NCBI GenBank assembly: GCA_051530055.1
Contig: CM121342.1
Span: forward strand, 124,001 to 188,000
Source of the DNA: Neoechinorhynchus agilis
Lineage: Eukaryota; Animalia; Acanthocephala
Length of the DNA stretch: 64,000 nt
Direction: 5' to 3'
The notes under the pieces are model-generated. The model ran no database searches. It had not been told where the DNA came from and was given only the letters and a program-made list of their open reading frames with translations. Each line of letters begins with the position of its first letter. Within the stretch, counting starts at the first letter, position 1. Made by a program: the position numbers and the translations under genes. Of the stretch, positions 1-12,046 are shown piece by piece.

Positions 1-44
1 TTTCAGGCCCTGTTCGTGTCCACACGAGACCCTTCTCCATGCGA

Positions 45-1565
45 CGGAGTACGAAATGATATCACAGTTGGAGCATATCTGATGCGCTAATTTCAATGGT
101 GTTATCATATTTTTATGAATATTGCAAACTTAGTGATCTATCACTCTTGTGACTTTTGACCAATTATGATCGAACGATTTCCGACGTTAATAATACAGCT
201 GTAGTTTGCTGAATCAGTTAATTTAGTGCATTTAACGAGGTAATTCCAAATCTGTATTCGGATTTGCGATAGCTGTCACGGTTCTTCAGTTATTCGTTAT
301 TCAATTTTGAGGCCAATAACCTTGATTATTGATATTAAAACGTAAATAAATTTCAGATCAAATTAATTTTGCTAGATCCACTTTTGACGCTGAATACATC
401 TGCAATAACGGTTTCTTGTTGCTTGTTAAATTTTGACACTTAGTTTTTAGATTCTAGTTCATATAAGACACCTGAATTATATCCATGGTGCTTAAAAGTG
501 GTAACGAAATGATAAAACAATTTGAGCATATCTGACGCGCTGATTTCAATGGTGTTATCCAATTTTAATGAATCTTGCAAATTTAGTGATCTTTCACTCT
601 TGTGACTTCTGACCAAATATGATCATGCGATTTCCGACGTCAATAATACAGCTGTAGTTGGCAAGATCCGTTCATTTAGTACATCTTTACGCGCTCATTC
701 CAAATCTGTATTCAGATCTGCGATAGCTGTCAAGTTTTTTGAGTTATTCGTTGTTAAATTCTGAGACTTATAACCTTGATTATCTATATTAAACATCAAT
801 AAATTTCAGATCAAATAAACTTTTCTAGATCTACTTTTGATGCTGAATACACCTGCAATAACGGCTTCTTGTTGCTTGTTAAATTTTGACCTAAGTTTTA
901 AGATTCTAGTTCATATAAAACACCTAAATTATATCCATGTTGCTTTAAAGTGGAAACCAAATGATATATCAATTTGAGCATATCTGACGCGCTGATTTCA
1001 ATCGTGTTATCCAATTTTTATGAATCTTGCAAATTTGGTGATCTTTCACTCTTGTGACTTTTGACCATATATGATCATGTGATTACCAACGTGAATAATA
1101 AGCTGTAGTTTTTTCAATCAATTCATTCAGTACATCTTTACGCGATGATTCCAAATCTGTATCCAGATCTGCGATAGCTTTCATGGTTCTTGAGTTATTC
1201 ATTGTTCAATTCTGAGACTTAAAACCTTGACTGTTGATATTAAAACATCAATAAATTTCAAATATAATTAACTTTTCTAGATCTACTTTTGATGGTGAAT
1301 AGCCCTACAATAACGCCGTCTTGTTGCTTGTTAAATTTCGGCACTAAGTTTTAAGATTCTAGTTCATAAAGGACACATAAATTATACCCATCGTGCTGAA
1401 AAGTGGAAACAAAATGATATATCAATTTGAGCATATCTGACGTGCTGATTTCAATGGTGCTATTTAATTTTAATGAATCTTGTATATTTAGTGATCTTTC
1501 ACTCTTGTGACATTTGACCAAATATGATCATTCGATTACCGACGTGAATACTACAGCTGTAGCTT
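45..1565. repeat. Tandem satellite, ~453 bp unit, ~3.3 copies (family A)
   Basis: GAGCATATCTGA(C/T)G(C/T)GCT(A/G)ATTTCAAT recurs at 71, 524, 977 and 1430 (period 453). Confidence 0.92.
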
Positions 1566-1599
1566 GCTACTGCGATTTAAAATATAAATATATGTACGC

Positions 1600-2100
1600 A
1601 AATCTCAATAGGTAAGTCGTCGATTATTGGTCGAAGGCGGCGAACAAACGTCCTAACGGTATAAAATCAGCAGAATCCTTGCGGAGTGGAAATCACCAGG
1701 TATTTCTGCGATGCTTTGTTCACTGGTAGCTGTAAATAAGCTTTTTTCATATCTATCAAAGAAAACTTAGATCCATCTGATATTTTTTTCAGTACCTGAT
1801 CAATAGTGGGTATCAGATACGGGCCCGTTGTCAAATACTTGTTGATGGTTACTCGAAAATCGGCGCATATACGAATTTTTCCGCTGTCGCTTTTGACAAT
1901 CACTAATGGCGACGCCCACTCTAGCGGTTCTTTGTTTACATCTACGTGCTTCAGGATCCCTGAATTAGCCATTTCATCTAAAGTGCCCCATCGGGATTAC
2001 GACTGTGAGCATCTTACTAGATTCACTGTCCATCGGTAGTTGGAGATATGCGTCTTGGAGGTCGATTGTGCTATAGAATTTAGATTTGGCTAACTTCTGA
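1600..2100 (-). mobile_element. Gypsy/Ty3 LTR retrotransposon RT N-terminal fragment
   Basis: ORF 1667-1972: WASPLVIVKSDSGKIRICADFRVTINKYL...PIPTIDQV-like, FSLIDMKKAYLQL. Confidence 0.88.
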
Positions 2101-2149
2101 GTCACGTCCTCGAATGTTGGTATTTGTAAGGAATCTACTTTCATAAATT

Positions 2150-3864
2150 TGTTCAGCGTGATTCTAGTCTCCGCAGATCCTTACTTTCCCGTTTGGTTTT
2201 CGTACAACTACGATGGGCGTCGCCCACCTGAGATCCTCCTTTGTCACGTTCACTGGGATCAGAATACCATTCGAGACCAATCGCTCCAACTCTCTCTCAA
2301 GAGGTTCATAGAGAGCGAAAGGCACTCTTCTAACCTTCCACACCGTACCTTCTTGGTTCCTAATGGCCGACAGGCTTACTTCGAAATTTGTAACTGCCCC
2401 CGGTTCGCCATCGAATACCGTCTCGAATTCGTTCCTCATCATGGCCTCGATTTTCTTCTCATCGAATAGATCCTCCGTTTCGTTCGTTGACGTACCGTCT
2501 TCTCGAATTTTGCGGACATCAACAATCCGTGCTGCAGGAATCGTTACATCGAATTTGAGCATCCAAGTAATCCGACGATTGGCCTTTCTACGCCCGAGAT
2601 CACAATGACCTTGAGCGTTTCCGTTCGATTAGCAAGCGTCACCTGCACATTGCATGACCCAAGAGTATCAATCTTCGTGTCACCAAACGCTCTGATTGAA
2701 GGAGCTTCTCCAAATTTTGGCTTTCCCAGCTTCGCCTATATATTTCGGGTAATGATGGACTCAGCAACTCCCGCATCGAATTCCATAGAGATCAGGATTC
2801 CGTTGATTTTGGCGTGAATTTCCGCTTTGATTCTTCCCTTTACGGTTCTAATGCATCGTATATTCGCTTCATCGTCGCTTGAATCCTGTCTAATTATCTG
2901 TTGAACCATACGAGAGGTCTTACAGCAACGTAACAAATGATCCACTCTGTTGCATTTGTAGCACATCATTGTCTTGGCTCGGCAAGACAGGTCTTGATGA
3001 TCATTGTCGCAGACTTACCTTGTTCGTCACTGTTCCTCCTCTCCATCTGCCGCCCCTTGTGCCTCCAAGTACTCACCTTCAACACTTCTGGGTCTGATTG
3101 ATCTTTCCTTTCTATCTTCGGCATGATCTTTAATGCCTCGTTCGCACTCTCGTATGCATCCGTTATTTCTAACAGGTCTTTGAGAGATAGGTCCTTTTTT
3201 ATGAAAAGCCGTTCTCCTGATCTCGTCATGGGGCGTATTACTTCGGTCGCTTCCAGTTCATTAGCCATTTTCTCCTTGAAGAACTGGCAACAACTCGCTG
3301 CACCCACAAGTCAGTTACCCACTCACGGTAGGCTCGTCTTTCGAGATCCATATTGAAAAATTTGTATCGAGCTGCGATTTCATGAATTTCACTTCGGAAA
3401 ACGTTTCTCAGTACTCCCAGTAGTTCTGAGTACGTGCATTCCGACGGCTTCTTTACCACCCAAACCGTTTGCGGATCGTTGAGAATACACTAGAATCCAT
3501 CCAGGCGAGTAAGCATGCTTGTTTAATAGAGTCGTCACTTACTCCGCAGTATTCAAAATGTTTCTCTAGTTGCATCTCATAGGAAGCCCACTCTTCGTTG
3601 GTCGGCAGAAAAGCCCTGAATATCGTAATATTCTTGTCGTTCATATTGCAGGATTTGGGCTTGGCTTCCCGTATCAACAAATGTATCAACAGTTGTTGAT
3701 TGATCAGAATATCCTCGATTGTCTTCATTCGGGTTCGGACATCCTCGTCGCCAGATGACATGTTTTTAATATTCCAAAAACAAAACCACCCAACGCACAG
3801 AGTCCAACACCTAACCTACTACGTGCAACGTCACATCGTTTTGTGAATGTGGCACGACGTCACA
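2150..3864 (-). mobile_element. Decayed Gypsy element, 5' half (LTR-PBS-gag-protease-RT start)
   Basis: gag-like WASYEMQLEKHF and EIAARYKF; zinc knuckle CYKCNRVDH; protease-like MEFDAGVAESII; RT start WATPIVVVRKPNGKVRICGD; several frameshifts. Confidence 0.88.
3743..3864 (-). repeat. Putative short LTR (3756-3864, TG...CA, ATTAAA) and primer-binding site TGGCGACGAGG (3743-3753)
   Basis: Minus strand TGTGACGTCG...AAAAACATGTCA-TC-TGGCGACGAGG directly ahead of gag; outer LTR boundary uncertain because no second LTR is present. Confidence 0.6.
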
Positions 3865-3869
3865 TATTT

Positions 3870-6546
3870 TCGGGTAATGTGTAAAAACTATACACGTTAA
3901 AAAGCTACTATGAATCAGTTATGAAATATGTAACTGACACGTCCCTTTCATTGAATGAATTAATAGATAATATGAAAAAAGGTAGCATTATATCGAACTT
4001 GCTGGTATTGTGGGCTGCTTCTAACGTATATAAGTGCGACTTCGATGTCCACAGATCCGATGGTCAGCACACACAGATTCGTGCGCGTCATACAGCTACG
4101 AACTGCTATTCAATGTGGCTCGAAGATTCGGATCTACTCCCTCGCGTGCTTAGCCGCGCCCAAAGCCGAACCCAACATCGTGCAATCAATCGAAGGCGTA
4201 ATTGCGCGCTATACTTTGCGAACACTAATCAGCTCGCAAGTGAAGTATTTCGAAACGCTTCAATGAAAGATTGTAAATTGTCGGCGGGCGACAGTGATTG
4301 TCACTTTCGGAAATTATTTGAACTGGATACAGCGGATAGAAATTTTGAGACAGGTGATCCAACGGAAAGTTCGTGGTCGCTCGTAACGGCCGACGAAATC
4401 TGTTAGGCCATGAATAGAATTAAGGCATCAAGTGCGATAGGCGTTGATAGTATAAATGTTCGCCAGGTAAAAGCCTTCGATAAGCAAATGGTTGGACCTA
4501 CTCTAATTTTTAACATCTCCCTCCATATCGGATCTCCGTCTTCCGCGTGGGCAGAAAATAAAACAGTACTGATTCCAAAGAATGGTGCTGATGCTCGAAA
4601 GCTAAAATCGATTAACGGTTGGAGGCCGATCACAATCTCGTCTGTGCTGATGCGAATCTTCCATCGGACAATTCTGTCGCGAATAAGAGCGTCTCTTGAG
4701 CGCGATGAGAGCCAAACCGCCTTCAAACAAGCTTGTCATACGGATATCCTTACGTTGAAGACAATTATTAAGGCATCTCGGTCCAGAAAGGAAAAACTTT
4801 CCATGCAATATTAGACATTAAGAACGCGTTTGACACAATCTCGCATGAAACTCTTCGACTTGCGTTCGAAAGGAAGAATGTCGACAAGGTTATCAGCCGA
4901 TACATAATGAAAATGTTCATGCCCAGCTTGACGAGAATCCACACACCAATGAGTCCGCCATCACAACCAATTCGTTTTGACCGGAGCGTGAAGCAAGGAG
5001 ATCCTTTATCGCCACTCCTATTTTCTATTTGCCTTGACGATGTGCTAAAGAACCTTAGAAAAACAGGGCTTGATTATCGACTCTGAACGACTTACATCCC
5101 TCAAATAGTTTATGCCGACGACATCATCCTCGTAGCTCGTACGGAGGAAGAGCTAGGGGAAATGATGCAATTTTTCTTAAACAAGATAAAATCAAAAGGG
5201 ATGAACTTGTCGCCCAGCAAGTGTCGGTCCTACTCGCAGGCATAGAAAGGGAAGTTGTTTGTAGGAACCGCACCATTCCTGAACATCGAAGAGAGCCCGA
5301 TGGTTCCCGTTCTCGAAGGCGATCCAGTCAAGTATTTGGGGGTGCACCATGGTAAAATACTAGAAGACAAGACGTGGTACACCGGATTGACGAACTGTTC
5401 GACCATACAAAAGCTGCCCAGTTGAGTCCAAAGCAAGCCGCACATCTTCTGAATGATTACGGGATTCCAAAGCTGATAGCGGAGCTGCAGAGCGCAGTCG
5501 ATCTTTCCATCACAGATCTGTAACACGTTGAACAGCATTACAGGACATGCCTTAAAAGACTTCTATTTCTCCCGAATTATCTTAATAACGGCATTGTTTA
5601 CCTACCCCTGAGTCGAGGCGGACTTGGATTCAGATCAATAAAATTTGAAGTAATGTCGAGTCGGGTGAGAGCCCTTAAACAGTTAGAAAGTCTGTATCCT
5701 GAGCTATCCGCCTATGCAAATATCAAGCAAACAACAACAGACTATCTTGGGTCAATAAGCGCAAGTGAATGCCCATCTAGAGTCGCGCAATGGAGGCACG
5801 CTACAACGCAATCAAACGGGATTAGAAGCTTCACATGTGGTCTGCAAGATCGTCGTCTAGTGTCTTTCCGCTATCGTCAGGGACCTCACACGCAATACAA
5901 GGAACAAGCCAAAATGCGATCTCAACTATTAGAAGTTAGATCTGTAATGTCTTGGGTAGACAACCGTTCAAACGATATGTGTCAACACTGTAACACTAGG
6001 AAGGAACCACCTGCCCACGTCTTAAATGGATGCGACAGGATGGCGAGAGCGATGACGACCAGGCACGACGCGGTAAAGCGCCGGTTCGTATGGGCGTTTA
6101 AGAAAAGGAGATCTAGTGCGGTAATCCTAGAAAAAAATAACATTTACGACCCAGGACGACGGTTACACAAGACCGATCTGATCGTAGTTGACACAAGCGA
6201 AAAAAAGGTAATAATAATTGATTTCGCTGTCTACTATGAGACAGATAACAACAATGGGGCAGGTGAAGTAATGTTCGGAAAAGAAAACAAGTACCAGACA
6301 ATACGCGAGCAAGTTGCGGCACAGAACAACGTAAATACTCATGATGTAACAGTTCTTGGATTGGCCGTCGGTGCAAGAGGTGCGTACACAGAGGACCTCG
6401 TAGAGAATCTGGCGAAAGTTAAGATTGCCAGAGGAACGGCCATTAACATTGCACAAACAGCTGCGTCAAAAAACCTACATATATTTCACACATCCATGCG
6501 AAGAAATCGATCCTAATCAATTAAAAAAATTCCACAATGATAAAAA
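3870..6546 (+). mobile_element. 5'-truncated, frameshifted R2-like non-LTR retrotransposon (OTU-like tail, RT, RLE)
   Basis: RRRNCALYFANTNQLASEVF; GWRPITISS; GVKQGDPLSPLLF-like motif; YADD near 5110; CCHC CQHCNTRKEPPAHVLNGC; RHDAV; KTDLIVVD..IIIDFAV..KENKY; A-rich end abutting 28S sequence. Confidence 0.92.
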
Positions 6547-6609
6547 GGATTATTGAGATTCCTACTGTCCCTGTCTGCAGCCCAGCGAAACCACAGCCAA
6601 GGGACGGGC
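6547..6609 (+). rRNA. 28S rRNA fragment (about +42 to +105 from the R2 site)
   Basis: GGATTATTGAGATTCCTACTGTCCCTGTCTGCAGCCCAGCGAAACCACAGCCAAGGGACGGGC matches the conserved LSU region and the copy at 28031-28262. Confidence 0.88.
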
Positions 6610-6699
6610 GAAAAAATCTACTGAGAAAACTGATAACGTATATTCTGAGTCATAAATTTGCGGAGGTTACTTGGGTTTGTCCCATATGTGACCAGTAAG

Positions 6700-7393
6700 A
6701 GCATTGCGAGTCTCGCAGTTTCGGACTTCACTTCCGGCAATACAAATCAATTCAATGCGAGCAATTACCTTATACAAATCCGGATTGCAACAATCGACCA
6801 CGACAGGACGAGATAATGTCGCCATTGTTCGGCCCAAGCTGAAACACAACTGCATGTGCTCAACAGCTGCCCCCACAGTCCGGGCATGATGATAGAGCAC
6901 CATGATGCCGTCCAAAAGCGATTCATGTGGGCTCCAAACAAGAGATGGGGTTCTCAAGCGATCATAGTTGACTTTGCCGTCTATTACAAAAATACAAATG
7001 ATCGCACAGAGGAAATTATGACTGCGAAAGAGGATATAACGCAATTGAAGAAGAGGTAGCAATACAGCTGGATTCTCCTCCTCAAAGCGTTTCGACAATG
7101 GGACTCGCTGTTGTCTAAAGAGGTAGCTATTAAAATGAATTGATCAAGCGGCTGAAAAAATTCAATTTGTTAATTAAAACCGCTTTGAATATGGCTACAA
7201 CTTCGGCAGAGAAGAGCTTACACACGTTCCACCTTTTCATGACACGAAGCAGAAGAATCAATAATCTTTAAAAAACAATGCATGGAACACAATTAAAAGA
7301 AATGAAGAATCAGCTATAAAGAAATATGGAAAAAAATTGATCAAAAGTATTAAACCCGTGTGAAAGAACATATTTCCAAAATAAATGCATGCC
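6700..7393 (+). mobile_element. R2-like 3' end (RLE remnant plus 3' UTR)
   Basis: ETQLHVLNSC..EHHDAVQKRFMW..IIVDFAVYYKNTNDRTEEIMTAKED; homologous to 26131-26692 and 40911-41715. Confidence 0.85.
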
Positions 7394-7426
7394 TAGCAAA
7401 AGACCTCGTCATCTAATTAGTGACGT
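7394..7426 (+). rRNA. 28S R2-target remnant (+1 to +33)
   Basis: TAGCAAAAGACCTCGTCATCTAATTAGTGACGT versus canonical TAGCCAAATGCCTCGTCATCTAATTAGTGACG. Confidence 0.85.
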
Positions 7427-7832
7427 TTTGAATCATACGCCACAGTCAAAACGCAGGTGTAAAGGGGCATTTGCGTATAAGAGCGTGGTGGATGAGCTAA
7501 TCAACAATAATCGCCATCCAAGATACAGAAGATTTCTTGAGATTTAGAGAGATATTCTCCGCCGTTCGGAAGACTCCAATAATAGGGGAAAATACGTTTC
7601 AAATTTTTCCAAAAAATTACTCACGTTCATTGATGCTCCAAGATGCTACCAAGGGTCCTCGGTACAAAGGTTAAAACAAACCATCAGCTCCAAAATCGCT
7701 CAATTCATCAGCAAACAAAACAGAACGATGCGCGGAATGTAGAAGCACCGATAGGGAACAGACAGCGATTTACAATGTACAAAAAACGGAAGAAATATAG
7801 TCCTTGAAATTATTTGGCGCACGTTTCGACAT
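7427..7832 (+). mobile_element. Repeated R2 N-terminal-derived segment ('HPRY' unit), copy 1
   Basis: Starts TGAATCATACGCCACAGTC; translates AYKSVVDELINNNRHPRYRRFLEI; homologues near 13.9k, 25.7-26.1k, 40.5-40.9k and 51.6-52.1k. Confidence 0.75.
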
Positions 7833-7834
7833 GT

Positions 7835-8300
7835 CATGGGCAGTGTAGCTTCGCGCTTACATGAGGGGAATTCCGTAGTCGTTCAATAGGTCGATCGCTT
7901 GCGTTGAGCTTGTTTTGTGCAAAACGTGAGGTCTTCAATCATACGGCAGACGGGGGATTATTGCGATGGCAGCTGAGAACGCAGTGATACACTGCGGCTC
8001 TGCCATTGGTTGCGTTTTCTTTAATACATCTTTTTCCCGACATTGGTTCACATGGCTGCGTGCAGATACGACATCGTTATATTTTTTATGACACGAGCCG
8101 TATTTAACCGCGACGATCGACCATTGGTTGTCCCTCTTTAAGCGGTCGGTCGACAACTGCACTGCAGAAACCCAAGCCGTAGATTCTTTGATTGCATATA
8201 TCGCAAGCAACACCTTCATCGACCTCATCACTCCTGCGTGATACCGGTTGTTGCAAATTCAATGATTCACATCGATTATTGATTTCTCCTCTTGCGCGTC
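7835..8300 (-). mobile_element. R2-like N-terminal zinc-finger fragment
   Basis: CDICNQR (frameshifted) followed by (C/Y)GSCHKKYNDVVSARSHVNQC (C-x2-C-x12-H-x3-C); duplicate of 13255-13595. Confidence 0.7.
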
Positions 8301-8309
8301 CGCAATCTT

Positions 8310-10010
8310 TTCGTTTAAAAATTTAGAATGACCAGTGCTGGTGGGTATTTGTTTTAAAATATTTTGCCACTGCAGGAATTATTGCTCTATACTTATCCTC
8401 TTTATGTGCCATCATTTCTTCGCTCCGGTCGTTGTGAGTTTCATAATAACACTGCTTTGTCAATGACCTTGACTTCATTTGTCTGACGGTCGAGAGTAAG
8501 ATCACGTTTGAGGGGTTTTGCGTCGACGGTTTGGAGCCTATAGTTTTCGACCAATTCCACGACATCGTAGAACTTTGTCAAGAGGGTCCATCTGAGTCTG
8601 CGAAGTACTCCGTCTTGTCGGTATATCATGGCAGCAATCACTTTTGAACACTCGTTAATAGGATGGAGAAGGGTCTCGTGTGGACACAAACAGGACCTGA
8701 AAGCACCGGGTCGGTCTTTGTCTACTCGTTTTAAGAATGAGCTCATTTCCATCAGCGGGTATCGGGCCAGTCGATAGATGATTTTTGGAACCGCATAATC
8801 ATTGAACAGATGAACTTTTTTAGTGGGTCTGGGTCTCGCGCTGTTAATCTTCAGAAGTCACTTATTTAGTTGGTCTTGAAATTGCACCGCGGTTGAGCCA
8901 TGACGAGGATTGTACCCTAGGTTGGTCATTATCTTTTCGCTGGTTATATTTTGTAGACAACCCTATCCTAACAGGATTCGCGTTTCTGTTAATTCGCGCA
9001 GTCGACCGTCCCTAAAGTCCTGTGCGTCGACACATGATTTTTCTGCACTTAGATGTTGTCCACATTGCTTTAGTGCACTTGTAAGAGCGTCTAACTGAGC
9101 TTGAAGGTCACTGGCGTCTTTCGCAATGAGGACTCCATCAACATCGTAAGCCAGATGGTTTATAATGCCTTCCTGCCGAAGATGGCTTTTCGGGATGTTT
9201 GAAAGTGCCTCGTCGATCGTTAAACAAAAGAGCCACAGAGATAGTGGGTCACCTTGAAAGACGCCTCTCGTTATCTTTATCTCCTTTGTGGTCTTGCCGT
9301 ATGGTAGCTTTAAAGATGTGTAGGCATTATTATACCTTTTAGCGATGTACCTCCTTAGGTATAATGGGCACTTGTGGTCTTTCAATGCTTTTAAAATGGA
9401 TTTGTGGTTCAGACGGTCGAATGCTGATGATATGTCGAGGAAGGCAATATGAATTCCATGTCTTTTTGCCCTGGTTTCTTTAATCAGACGTCGAATCATG
9501 ATGTTACCCTTGGTACACGCGGCTGGTGAGAACGCTGTTTGGTTCTATACGAGGTTTGTTGTTTTGTTTTATCTTGAAAGTAGTACTCGATAAACAATCC
9601 TTATTAGTAAAGACGATATTGTTATAGGACGCCATTTAGAGAATTTTCCGGTCTCTCTGTAGTCGATAGCCACCTGTGAGAACAACGTTTGTGGGGATTT
9701 GGAGCCCATTCAGTTTGGAGTCAAATCTTCTTAGTTCCTTCATCGTCTGTCTATCTGGTCCTGGAGCGGTTGTCGCTGAGATCCCTCTCAGTGATGTTTC
9801 TAGTTCCTTTTTATCTACCTACTTGGCTTTACTGCGTTCATCGTCGTAACTAAACCTGTACTCGTTGGGTTCGGCTGCGTTAGTCTGTATCGTACCCATT
9901 AGTTCTGTGTAGTGTTCTTCAACAACTGCTGGTGCGATGGGACACTTAATGTTGACGTCTGGATTCAATAAATCTTTGCCAGCTCCGCTCTGAGGAGTTT
10001 TTTGCAATAC
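8310..10010 (-). mobile_element. Decayed R2-like RT-RLE segment
   Basis: APGPD; WRPITISS; HIAFLDISSAFD; RGVFQGDPLSLWLF; HLAYDVDG; ETLLHPINEC; KVIDKAV..HKEDKY. Confidence 0.9.
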
Positions 10011-10439
10011 TAGATGCAGGAGCTATCAGCCATGAAGGGAGCATTTAACAAATCCTACCTCGACAGTATGAGTTGGAGATATCTCCACTACTTGAGGCGA
10101 CCTACAGAGAAGCAATAAAACAAATGTAAAAGCCTCCTTGAATTCGGACTTCGACCAGTAAACATATTGTAATGATTATGGTTTTAGTAAATTCGAACTT
10201 AGTCAGATCGGATCTAGAAATATGCCTATTCCTGTCCATGATGGAAATTCGATAAATGCGCCATCTTATTCCCTAATCCTCGAGGCAATACCCTAAGAGG
10301 ATGAACCTGAAGCCGCTATCAGGACAGCCGAGGAAGCCGATGATGTACTGGAAAAGGATGCCAGCAATACAGCCACATTAAGCGATGAGGTTGCCGACAA
10401 TTATGCCGCGGACCTTTTGCTCCGGTTTTAGTTGAATGT

Positions 10440-11079
10440 AGAGACGAACATATAGAATTCATTGCCTATCCGGATTATTCTTTTAAATTCTCAGTTGAGC
10501 GGGGCTCTCGGTGGAGATTCATACCGAGAACCGTATCTACGATAACCAAGGTCACCTCTACAAACCGAACCGTATTCTCATAGACCGACAGCAGAAAAAC
10601 CGCCAACATAATAGATTTTGCGGTCTACCATGAAACGACAAACGACCGAGTAGAGAATATTGTGGCCGAAAAAGAAAATAAGTACAAAGTTATCGCTGAG
10701 AACATAGCTATCCAACATGATTTCAAAAAACATGACGTAAAAACTATTGGATTGGCAGTCGGAACAAGAGGAACATACGCGGCGGCACTATTGAAAAGGT
10801 TACGCGTGTTCAAGTTATCAGACAAGACCGCGTTAAACATGGCTTAAACGGCAGCGAAGTCCATTCAAGTCTACAATAACTTTATGGACCACAATTTTTC
10901 GCTGCGATCCTCAACAGCAATTTTCAATTGAAAAACAACAAAAGTATAAACACAAACAAACGAAAACAAACAAGCAAAGCTAACACGAGGAAAAAATGTA
11001 AAAACACATATTGCTTATCTTCCCATAAATTCGACTTTAGCTAAATGCGAAAAAAAACCGTGCGCTATTATAAAAAAAA
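10440..11079 (+). mobile_element. R2-like RLE C-terminus plus A-rich 3' UTR
   Basis: IDFAVYHETTNDRVENIVAEKENKYKVI..LAVGTRGTY..KTALNMA; ends TATTATAAAAAAAA|CAGCCAA. Confidence 0.85.
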
Positions 11080-12008
11080 CAGCCAAGTAAGCAGCCGATA
11101 TCTTCTCTGAAAGGTTAGTATATTGGAAGATATGGCTATGCAACATTCAAGCAGCTCTGAGTACCCTTAGCTCAGAGTTGAAAGTGGTTAATCTAACCAT
11201 CAATGCCAATAAAACCTTTTTTATCCCCCTCACTAACTCGCTCTCTTCTAGGAAAGTTTTAATCAATAATTTAATTAAATACCACAATTTTAACTCCTCC
11301 AACATTAAGAAATTTACCAGGGTTCTAGGAATCGACTTCCCTTCCAAGACATTTAGATTTTTAATTAATTCTTCGATTAATAATACCTTTCTAAAAATCA
11401 AATATGTTCTTAATAGAGCCAAATATCTTGATTTGAATGTTAACATTATATTACCCGTTCTAAAAACTCTCATAGGATGCTCTATCTGTTTTTTAGGGAG
11501 AGGTCGCCCTCCTGAACTTAGGTTTGCCTTCTTTTTTAGATGTTTTTATAAGCTTCATAAACTCTTATCAAATTATAATCTTATTCATGAGCCTCTTTTA
11601 TCTTTCCTCTCACGCTTATTTTTGGGAAAAGTCTTATTCTTCTCTTCATTTTATAATAAAGGTAAGTTCTTTATATCTAATGAACAAGTATTCTACTTTC
11701 CATCTCCTTCTTACCCTAACTTCAGCGACCAATGCTCCCACACAATTCGATTGGAATTCAATGATGCACACACTTTTTTACAATAAGCAATTTCTTAATG
11801 GATAAAGATAGGAAAAGGTTAATGGCAAGAAAGTAATATTAACAGGATAAAAGATTAATCTGGTCTTTTGGTCCTCCGAGGTAGTCTGAGATCGACCTAA
11901 TACCTGAAGTCCAATAGAGCAGACGAAAGACCAACGATAACTGCTAGACTAACGAAAAACCCTAATTGTTATCTTACTAGTTGTATGGCCGTGTTTAAAT
12001 AAATAAAA

Positions 12009-12046
12009 CAGCTAAATGCCTCGTCATCTAATTAGTGACGTGCATG
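12009..12046 (+). rRNA. 28S R2-target remnant (+1 to +38)
   Basis: CAGCTAAATGCCTCGTCATCTAATTAGTGACGTGCATG after an A-rich tail. Confidence 0.88.

Noticed and set aside
11041-11160. ND4-like MMAHGFFS on the minus strand
   Set aside because: It comes from homopolymer runs in the A-rich R2 3' UTR and crosses the element junction, so it is probably coincidental
11860-11940. Hammerhead-like CTGAAGTC...GACGAAA
   Set aside because: The core lacks the CUGANGA spacing and no stem I was found
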